A stretch of 64,000 nt of DNA, taken from NCBI GenBank assembly GCA_040768005.1, contig JAXGNL010000001.1, forward strand, positions 7,008-71,007. Direction: 5' to 3'. The notes under the pieces are model-generated. The model made no database searches and had not been told where the DNA came from. It saw only the letters and a list, made by a program, of their open reading frames with translations. Shown one piece after another: positions 34,970-42,203 of the stretch. The position numbers were made by a program, and so were the translations under genes. The stretch comes from Kiritimatiellia bacterium (GTDB taxonomy: Bacteria; Verrucomicrobiota; Kiritimatiellia; CAIQIC01; Lenti-01). Positions within the stretch are counted from its first letter, which is position 1; every line of letters begins with the position of its first letter.

Positions 34970-36483
34970 AAGAACCGAAGGCCTACAGCCAGGACCAATT
35001 GAACCAGACCCTGTGGGATGCCGCGAACTCCTCCCGGGCCAACGTGGATGCCGCAATCTACAAGGACTATGCCCTGCTGTTTCTGTTCTACAAATACATC
35101 AGCGATCTCCACAAGCACGAGGTGGAGAAACTGGCGAAGCGGTACGGGAAGGACCAGGACCGGATCGCCATGCGCCTGAAAAAATTCCGTTTTGTGCTGC
35201 CGAAGGGAACGAGTTTCGCGGAGGTGTACAAGAAAAAGAGCGAGGACAACATCGGCGAACTGATCAACATCGCCCTGCATGCCATAGAAGACGCCAACGG
35301 CGACCGGCTGGAAGGGCTGGTGTCGATCGACTTCAACTCCGATGCGGTGCTGGGGCGGACCGAGCAGCGCAACAAGATGCTCCGGAATCTGATGGACAGT
35401 TTCGCCAAGATGGATCTGACGCTGGCGGGCGATGACGTGATCGGCAACGCCTACATGTACATGATCGAGCGGTTCGGGTCCGATGCCGGGAAAAAGGCGG
35501 GGGAGTTCTTCACGCCGCATTCCGTGGCGGCGCTGGTGGCGAAACTGGCCGCGCCGCGGCCCGGCTGGCGCATCTGCGATCCGGCCTGCGGGTCGGGCGG
35601 CCTTCTGCTGCTGGCGGGAGCCGAAATCGAGGCGCAGGGGTCGAAGGATTACGCGCTCTACGGGCAGGAAAGCATCGGGTCCACCTACAACCTCGCCCGG
35701 ATGAACATGTTCCTGCACGGCAAGGATTCGGCGCGCCTGGAATGGGGCGACACGCTGAATCATCCGCTCCTCAAAGAGGGCGATTCGCTGATGAAGTTCG
35801 ACCTGGTGCTGGCCAATCCGCCCTTCTCGCTGAAAAAATGGATGGGGGACAGCACCGAGAACGACCCGTACAACCGCTTCCACCGCGGCCTGCCGCCGAA
35901 AACCAAGGGCGACTATGCGTTCATCAGCCACATGGTCGAGACGGCCAAGGCCGGGGAAGGCAAGGTGGTGGTGATTGTGCCGCACGGGGTGCTGTTCCGC
36001 GGGGCCGCCGAAGGCCGGATCCGGAAGTGCCTGCTGGAGGAAAACCTGGTGGATGCGGTGATCGGCCTGCCGTCGAACCTCTTCCAGACGGCCGCCATTC
36101 CCGTCGCCATCCTGATCCTCGACCGGTCCCGGGAGGCGGGCGGCAGGAACGAAAAGCGCAAGGATGTCCTGTTTGTCGAAGCCTCCAGGCTCTTCAAACC
36201 CGGGAAGGCCCGGAATTATCTGGAGCCGGAGCACATCGCCCGGATTCTGGACGTGGTGCGGAAGCGGAAGGATGTCGAAAAGCTCTGCCGCGTGGTTCTG
36301 CCGGAGGAAATCCAGGAAAACGACTACAACCTCAACATCACCCGCTATGTGGACACCTTCGAGGAAGAGGAGGCGGTGGACATCAAAGCCAATCTGAGGG
36401 AACTGGTCCAAATCGATGCCGAACTGAAGGTGCTGGAAAAGGAAATGGCCGGGCATCTCAAAGCGCTGGGGCTGGTGAATTGA
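34966..36483 (+). CDS. hsdM: type I restriction-modification system DNA methyltransferase subunit
   Basis: HsdM N-terminal domain (YKDYALLFLFYKYISD), AdoMet motif ICDPACGSGGLLL, catalytic LANPPFS. Confidence 0.9.
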   Translation: MKEPKAYSQDQLNQTLWDAANSSRANVDAAIYKDYALLFLFYKYISDLHKHEVEKLAKRYGKDQDRIAMRLKKFRFVLPKGTSFAEVYKKKSEDNIGELINIALHAIEDANGDRLEGLVSIDFNSDAVLGRTEQRNKMLRNLMDSFAKMDLTLAGDDVIGNAYMYMIERFGSDAGKKAGEFFTPHSVAALVAKLAAPRPGWRICDPACGSGGLLLLAGAEIEAQGSKDYALYGQESIGSTYNLARMNMFLHGKDSARLEWGDTLNHPLLKEGDSLMKFDLVLANPPFSLKKWMGDSTENDPYNRFHRGLPPKTKGDYAFISHMVETAKAGEGKVVVIVPHGVLFRGAAEGRIRKCLLEENLVDAVIGLPSNLFQTAAIPVAILILDRSREAGGRNEKRKDVLFVEASRLFKPGKARNYLEPEHIARILDVVRKRKDVEKLCRVVLPEEIQENDYNLNITRYVDTFEEEEAVDIKANLRELVQIDAELKVLEKEMAGHLKALGLVN

Positions 36484-36484
36484 A

Positions 36485-36624
36485 CCGCAGAGGACGCCAA
36501 GGAACGCAGAGGAATTTAAGAGGGTTGTCACAATGAAAAAACAACGGCATGGAACCTCCGCGGGCCTCTGCGCCCTCTGCGGTGGAAGAGGATAACCGCT
36601 GAGGACGCCAAGGAAGGCTGAGGG
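36485..36624. repeat. REP-like hairpin repeats (ACGCAGAGG-type 9-mers), left flank of the GxxExxY cassette
   Basis: Forward CCGCAGAGGACGCCAAGGAACGCAGAGG (36485-36512), reverse CCTCCGCGGGCCTCTGCGCCCTCTGCGG (36555-36582), forward CCGCTGAGGACGCCAAGGAAGGCTGAGGG (36596-36624). A ~70 bp homolog lies at 37007-37077. Confidence 0.7.
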
Positions 36625-36627
36625 AAG

Positions 36628-37092
36628 ATGATGAAAGAGCTTACGGGTCAGATTATTGCTGCAGCAATGAAGGTGCATTCGCAGTTGGGTCCGGGACTTC
36701 TGGAATCGGCATATGAGGCGTGTCTGGAGTATGAACTCAAGAAACAGAGGCTGAACGTTGAGCGGCAGAAGTTATTGCCGGTAGTCTATGACGAGGTGAA
36801 GCTGGATTGCGGTTACCGAATTGACCTGCTGGTTCAGAATCAGGTCGTTCTGGAATTGAAGGCAGTCGATCAAGTGGCACCCATTCACGAGGCCCAGCTT
36901 CTTTCCTATCTGAAGATGTCAGGCTGTCAGGTTGGGCTTCTCATCAACTTCAATGTTCTGCATCTGCGGGATGGCATCAAACGCCTTGTGAACCAATATA
37001 CAGAATCTCCGCGAACCTCTGCGTCCTCTGCGGTGGAAGAAGTTGAACCGCCGGGGACGCAGCGGAGCGCAGAGGGGGGGGGATTGCGATGA
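36628..37092 (+). CDS. GxxExxY protein (PD-(D/E)xK nuclease superfamily)
   Basis: GLLESAY is the GxxExxY motif. YRIDLLVQNQVVLELKAV is a D..ExK-like core. The C-terminal tail (ESPRTSASSAVEEVEPPGTQRSAEGG) is encoded by the right-hand hairpin repeat. Confidence 0.8.
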   Translation: MMKELTGQIIAAAMKVHSQLGPGLLESAYEACLEYELKKQRLNVERQKLLPVVYDEVKLDCGYRIDLLVQNQVVLELKAVDQVAPIHEAQLLSYLKMSGCQVGLLINFNVLHLRDGIKRLVNQYTESPRTSASSAVEEVEPPGTQRSAEGGGLR

Positions 37093-38063
37093 GTAAAAAA
37101 CCGACTGATATTGTTCTCTACAAGAGCCGGGATGGCTCTGTTCAGCTGGATGTGCAGATGGAAGAGGAAACCGTTTGGCTTTCCCAAAAGCAAATGGCTC
37201 AGCTTTTCGGCAAAGACACCGATACGATCGGCCTTCATATTCGTAACGCTTATAAAGAGAGGGAGTTGGATGAGTTAGCAACTGCCGAGGAATCCTCGGT
37301 AGTTCGGCGGGAGGGAAACCGGAAGGTCACTCGTAAAATCCGCTTTTACAACCTGGATGTCATTATTTCCGTGGGCTACCGTGTGAACTCCAAGCGCGGC
37401 ACGGAATTCCGGATCTGGGCCACGAACATCCTCAAACAACACCTGGTGCAGGGCTACAGCGTCAATGAAAAGCGCTTGAAGGCCCTGAAGCAGACCCTGA
37501 AGCTGGCGTCCGACATCACCAAGCGCAACCTCCTTTCCGGCGATGAAGCGGCCGCCCTCCTGCAAACGGTGACCGAATATGCCTATGCGCTGGACCTGCT
37601 GGACGATTACGACCACCAACGGGTGGTCCTCCGCAAGACCTCGCCCCGCCCGGCAAAGCCGGTGACCTATGAGGAGGTGATGAGCCTGGTCGAACAGATG
37701 CGGGTACATTTCGGTGATTCGGCGGTGTTCGGACGGGAAAAAGACCGGAGCCTGCACAGTTCGCTGAATGCGGCGATGCAGGGGTTCGGCGGCAAGGACC
37801 TGTACCCCTCGGTCGAAGAAAAGGCCGCCCATCTTCTCTACTTCCTGGTGAAGAACCACAGTTTTGTGGACGGCAACAAGCGCATCGCCGCCGCCGTGTT
37901 CCTGCGCTTCGCGGAAAAGAACAAGCTGCTTTACGGCCAAGAGGGCCAAAAACGCATCGCCGACAACGCCCTCGTCGCCATGACCCTCATGATCGCCGAA
38001 AGCAAGCCCAAGGAAAAAGACGTCATCACCGCCATGGTCACCAACCTGATTGCGGGGAAATGA
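37089..38063 (+). CDS. RhuM-like N-terminal domain fused to a Fic/Doc domain
   Basis: N-terminus VWLSQKQMAQLFGKDTDTIGLHIRNAY...ISVGYRVNSKRGTEFRIWATNILKQ (RhuM family). C-terminus HSFVDGNKRIAAAVF (Doc-type HxFxDGNKR motif). ATGA overlaps on both sides. Confidence 0.75.
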   Translation: MSKKPTDIVLYKSRDGSVQLDVQMEEETVWLSQKQMAQLFGKDTDTIGLHIRNAYKERELDELATAEESSVVRREGNRKVTRKIRFYNLDVIISVGYRVNSKRGTEFRIWATNILKQHLVQGYSVNEKRLKALKQTLKLASDITKRNLLSGDEAAALLQTVTEYAYALDLLDDYDHQRVVLRKTSPRPAKPVTYEEVMSLVEQMRVHFGDSAVFGREKDRSLHSSLNAAMQGFGGKDLYPSVEEKAAHLLYFLVKNHSFVDGNKRIAAAVFLRFAEKNKLLYGQEGQKRIADNALVAMTLMIAESKPKEKDVITAMVTNLIAGK

Positions 38064-39397
38064 GCGAGTCAATGCAAGGACGGGTTCAACTGATGCCTCC
38101 TAACGCCATGCCGGGATTCAGGAAAACAAAGGTGGGGTGGATTCCAGAGGGATGGGTGCACTCGGTAATCGGTGAAGCAACGCATTACCTGACCAGTGGC
38201 TCTCGTGGGTGGTCGCAATACTACAATAATACAGGTGAACTGTTTGTACGGATCACGAATCTAACCCGAGAGGCTATCCGTTTGGACTACGCTGATTGTT
38301 GCTTTGTGAAACTGCCATCCGGCACCAGCGAGGGTACTCGAACTCGTCTTAAGGCTGGTGACATACTGATATCCATCACAGCGGATCTTGGCATTATTGC
38401 ATATTTCTCTTCGGAAGAGCCGTACCCGCTTGCATATGTAAACCAGCATGTGGCCTTGCTAAGACTTTATGATAAAAACATTAGCTCCAAGTTCGTTGCT
38501 TATCAACTTGCGGCCCCTCATGCGCAGCGCCGTTTTCAGGAAATCACAGATCAGGGAGCAAAAGCTGGACTGAATCTGGCCTCAATTAGGTCGTTTCCCG
38601 TAGTTCTCCCCTCCCTCCCCGAGCAGGAGGCGATAGCGGGGGTGCTGGAGTGCTGGGACAAGGCGATTCGGGGGGGTGAGCGGAAGATCGAGAAAAAGCG
38701 GCAGGTCAAGAAGGGGTTGATGCAGCAGCTCCTCAGCGGCCAACGCCGTTTGCCGGGGTTCAAGGGGAAGTGGGGAGAAGTGAAACTGGGGGATATTGCG
38801 GCACCCATCAAAACAGTGGTCGGTGAAAAGGTCGTCACGCCGATGAGTTTGTCAGCTGGGATCGGCTTTGTGCCTCAGGAAACGAAATTCGGCAAGGACA
38901 TTTCAGGGGCCCAGTATCAACGCTATACGCTGCTGACCAAAGGGTGCTTTGCTTACAACAAGGGGAATTCGAAAAAGTATCCTCAGGGGTGCATCTATCT
39001 GCTCGAAGAGCATGATGAAGTGGCGGTTCCGAATGTCTTTGTATGCTTCAAACTGGACCCTTCTGCGGCTGTCGATGAGTATTTCCGCCAAGTGTTCTTA
39101 GCCAACATGCATGGGCCCGCGCTTGTGCGTTTTATCAACAGTGGTGTCCGCAACAACGGACTATTGAATCTTACCGCCTCGAATTTCTTTCAGATCAAGC
39201 TGCCGTTGCCGCCCCTGCCCGAGCAACGCGCCATTGCGGCGGTTTTATCGGCGGCGGATGCGGAAATTGCGGCGTTGGAGCGGAAGCTGGGGGCATTGCG
39301 GGAGCAGAAGCGGTTTTTGCTGAACAACCTGGTGACGGGGGCGATCCGGTTGCCGGCCTTCTGCCGCCGTCGCACGCACCGCAAGGAACGAAAATGA
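38060..39397 (+). CDS. hsdS: type I restriction specificity subunit (two target-recognition domains)
   Basis: 445 aa. Two TRDs are separated by conserved helices LPSLPEQEAIAGVLECWDKAI and LPLPPLPEQRAIAAVLSAADAEIAALERKL. Confidence 0.9.
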   Translation: MSESMQGRVQLMPPNAMPGFRKTKVGWIPEGWVHSVIGEATHYLTSGSRGWSQYYNNTGELFVRITNLTREAIRLDYADCCFVKLPSGTSEGTRTRLKAGDILISITADLGIIAYFSSEEPYPLAYVNQHVALLRLYDKNISSKFVAYQLAAPHAQRRFQEITDQGAKAGLNLASIRSFPVVLPSLPEQEAIAGVLECWDKAIRGGERKIEKKRQVKKGLMQQLLSGQRRLPGFKGKWGEVKLGDIAAPIKTVVGEKVVTPMSLSAGIGFVPQETKFGKDISGAQYQRYTLLTKGCFAYNKGNSKKYPQGCIYLLEEHDEVAVPNVFVCFKLDPSAAVDEYFRQVFLANMHGPALVRFINSGVRNNGLLNLTASNFFQIKLPLPPLPEQRAIAAVLSAADAEIAALERKLGALREQKRFLLNNLVTGAIRLPAFCRRRTHRKERK

Positions 39398-41190
39398 CCT
39401 CGCGAAGCACACCGAACAAACTGACGCGCGCCGATTTGTTGGATGCGGCCGGGCCGGTATACTTCGCGCGGGGCGAGGGCTACCATGCCGCGGGGGCGGT
39501 GCAGGCGGTGCGCGAGCGGAACGGGGTGGTGCGCGCCACGGTCCGGGGCGCACAGGCGTACAAGACGACGCTGGCGTTTATCGACGGTCACGTGGATGGC
39601 CACTGTTCGTGCCCCTTGGGGCGGGACGGCGAGTTTTGCAAGCACCTGGTGGCAACGGGCCTGGCCTGGATGGCGGAACAGGCCGGCGGCGAGGCGGCAA
39701 CGGAGGAGACCCGGTCCGTCACGCCGAAAGAGATCGAGGCGTATCTGTTGAAGCTGAAACGGCCGGAGCTGGTGCGGTTGGTGATGGAGCAGGCGGATCA
39801 GGACGATGATTTCCATGCCATGCTCAAGCTGCGGGTGGCGGCCGCCGGGGCGTCGTCGGACACAAAGGAAATGCGGCAGGTGCTGCGTCAGGCGATGACG
39901 ATCCGGGGCTTTGTGGAATGGCGCGGGACGGGCGCATACACGCGCAGGGTGGACCGGGTGCTGGATCAGCTTCGCACGATGCTGACGCCCCGGCACGCGG
40001 CGGCGGTGATCGAGCTGGCGGAATACGGTCTGGATTTATGGGAGAAGAACATCGAGCGAATCGATGATTCGGACGGCTGCATGGGGATGATCCGCGACGA
40101 GTTGCATGAGCTTCATCTGGAGGCCTGCCGCCTGGCCCGGCCGGACCCGGTCGCCTTGGCGGACCGCCTGACCCGGCGCGCCATCGAAACCCACTGGGAC
40201 ATGTTTCATGGGTTTGCCGACACCTACCGGGAGATTCTGGGGGAGGCGGGCCGGGCGCGGCATCGCGAGATTGTCGAAGCGGAGTGGGATGCCCTGCCCA
40301 CGCTGGCGCCGGGCGAGGAAGACCCGGAATGCTTTGGCCGCACCGGCACGATCGAGAACATGATGCTGGCGATGGCGGAAGAAGAAAAGGACTTGGATTG
40401 GATCATCCGCGTTCTCAGCCGGGACCTCTCCAGCTCGTATGACTATCTTCGGATTGCGCAACGCTGCCGCGAGGCGCGCCAATATGCGCTGGCGCGCGAC
40501 TGGGCGGAACGGGGCCTGGCGGCGGCCCTCGACCTCCGCACGTCCGACCTCCGGAGTTTCCTGGCGGAGGAATATCTGCGCGCCAAGCGTCCCGATGATG
40601 CGATGGCCATGGTCTGGGCCAATTTCGAGGGGCGGCCCGATTTGAAAACCTATCAGGATCTCGCCGCGCTGGCGCAGAAGCTGAAGGGCTGGGAAGATTG
40701 GCGGCCGAAGGCGTTTGCGCACATCCGCCAGACGATCCAGGCCGCCAAGAGCAAGCATGAACGGCAAGCGGATGGCCATTCGGCCGGGGGGCGCGGCGCC
40801 GCCTTTCGCTGGGTTCCTCCGGCGCCGGACCATTCGTTGCTGGTGGCGGTTTTGCTGTGGGAGAAGCGGGAGGAGGAGGCGTGGGAGGAAGCGCAAGCGG
40901 GAGGCTGCGCGGATCACTTGTGGCTGGACCTGGCCCAACGCCGGGAGGAGAAGCATCCGGCCGATGCCGCCGGGATTTATCGCCGACTGGTGAAGCCCTT
41001 GATTGAGGCGGGCAACAATCCGGCATACGAACAGGCGGTTGTGTTTCTGGGACGGGCCCATGGGCTCATGAAGACGCTGGGCCAGGAAGCGGAGTTTCGC
41101 GTGTGGTTGCTGCAACTCAAGGTTGAATACCGGCGCAAGCGCAATTTCATCAAATATGTCGAGCGCACGCCATGGGGGAAGGGCGCGTGA
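39394..41190 (+). CDS. SWIM zinc-finger protein with a large C-terminal helical domain
   Basis: SWIM signature HCSCPLGRDGEFCKHLVA (CxC...CxH) near the N-terminus, followed by ~480 aa of helical-repeat-like sequence. ATGA overlap with the hsdS stop. Confidence 0.75.
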   Translation: MTSRSTPNKLTRADLLDAAGPVYFARGEGYHAAGAVQAVRERNGVVRATVRGAQAYKTTLAFIDGHVDGHCSCPLGRDGEFCKHLVATGLAWMAEQAGGEAATEETRSVTPKEIEAYLLKLKRPELVRLVMEQADQDDDFHAMLKLRVAAAGASSDTKEMRQVLRQAMTIRGFVEWRGTGAYTRRVDRVLDQLRTMLTPRHAAAVIELAEYGLDLWEKNIERIDDSDGCMGMIRDELHELHLEACRLARPDPVALADRLTRRAIETHWDMFHGFADTYREILGEAGRARHREIVEAEWDALPTLAPGEEDPECFGRTGTIENMMLAMAEEEKDLDWIIRVLSRDLSSSYDYLRIAQRCREARQYALARDWAERGLAAALDLRTSDLRSFLAEEYLRAKRPDDAMAMVWANFEGRPDLKTYQDLAALAQKLKGWEDWRPKAFAHIRQTIQAAKSKHERQADGHSAGGRGAAFRWVPPAPDHSLLVAVLLWEKREEEAWEEAQAGGCADHLWLDLAQRREEKHPADAAGIYRRLVKPLIEAGNNPAYEQAVVFLGRAHGLMKTLGQEAEFRVWLLQLKVEYRRKRNFIKYVERTPWGKGA

Positions 41191-42203
41191 ACGCGGCGAC
41201 GTACGATCCGCAGATTCATCATCGCCGGTCCATTCGGTTGAAGGGGCATGATTATGCCGGGGGCGGGGTGTATTTCGTGACGATTTGCGCGCATCGGGAG
41301 TTCATCGGATGGGCGGGGGGCCATCCATTTGGCGGAGGGGCGGAACGCATTCCGTCCTCTTCCGGGGCGACATGCGAGTCGCGTTCTGCTGGGGCGACAT
41401 GCGTGTCGCCCGTACGGGAGATGATTGTGGATGAATGGCGGCGTTGCGGCATGATTCGCGATGATGTATTTCCCGGCGAATTCGTGGTGATGCCGGATCA
41501 TGTGCATGGATTGATTCGCATTCGGAAGGGGCCGTCCGAATTGGGGCATGTCATCGGCGCATTCAAAGCCGCCGCATCCCGCCGCATCCGTAGGGGCGAC
41601 ACGCCTGTCGCCCGCCCGCCTGTCGCCCCATTTGCCACGCCGCCCCGGAAGATCCGCATCTGGCATCGCAATTATTATGAGGCCATCGTCCGCACGCCGG
41701 AGGCGGCGGAGAAGATTGCCGGGTATATCCGCATGAATCCGTGGCGGTGTGTCACGGATTTCGGCGACGGCCTGCGCGGCATGGGGAACCCGGCGTTGTG
41801 GAATCTGCCCAAGCTGGGGGTTTTGTGCAGCCGCAATGCGCCGCGCCCGGAAAGCCTGCCCGCCGCCGCCGTCTATTTCGGGGGATTCCATTCGCCGATG
41901 GAGAAGGACCTCTTTGGCCGGTTGCTGGAGCGGAAGCAGCCGCTGATCTGGTGTCCCGCCTGGGGGCTGGAGCATGCGGCGTTCGCGCCCGGGGTGCTCG
42001 AAGCCCTCGAACAGAACCGGATGCTCCTTCTCGAAATGCGCAACCGCGACGGCGATCTGGCCGCCGCCGAAGAGCGCAACCGGTTTGTGATTGAGAATGC
42101 CGATGCGCTGTGGCTGCCGCATGTCGCGCCCGGGGGGATGCTCGACCGGCTGATGACTGCACTTGATGCGCACGGCAAAACCCTGGGAGAACCATCCTCA
42201 TGA
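41172..42203 (+). CDS. HUH/Y1 (RAYT/IS200-like) nuclease domain fused to a DprA/SLOG-like domain
   Basis: N-terminal half: HDYAGGGVYFVTICAHRE, HUH motif MPDHVHGLI, Tyr motif WHRNYYEAIVR. C-terminal half: GVLCSRNAP...VYFGGFHSPMEKDLFGRLLERKQPLIWCPAWGL...ERNRFVIENADALWLPHVAPGG resembles DprA-like Rossmann proteins. The start overlaps the SWIM gene by 19 nt, and the stop forms an ATGA overlap with hsdR. Confidence 0.55.
   Translation: MGEGRVNAATYDPQIHHRRSIRLKGHDYAGGGVYFVTICAHREFIGWAGGHPFGGGAERIPSSSGATCESRSAGATCVSPVREMIVDEWRRCGMIRDDVFPGEFVVMPDHVHGLIRIRKGPSELGHVIGAFKAAASRRIRRGDTPVARPPVAPFATPPRKIRIWHRNYYEAIVRTPEAAEKIAGYIRMNPWRCVTDFGDGLRGMGNPALWNLPKLGVLCSRNAPRPESLPAAAVYFGGFHSPMEKDLFGRLLERKQPLIWCPAWGLEHAAFAPGVLEALEQNRMLLLEMRNRDGDLAAAEERNRFVIENADALWLPHVAPGGMLDRLMTALDAHGKTLGEPSS

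Noticed and set aside
36533-36592. 19-codon mini-ORF (MKKQRHGTSAGLCALCGGRG) between hsdM and the GxxExxY gene.
   Set aside because: It lies entirely within the hairpin repeat, and the peptide is the repeat's translation. No SD is present.
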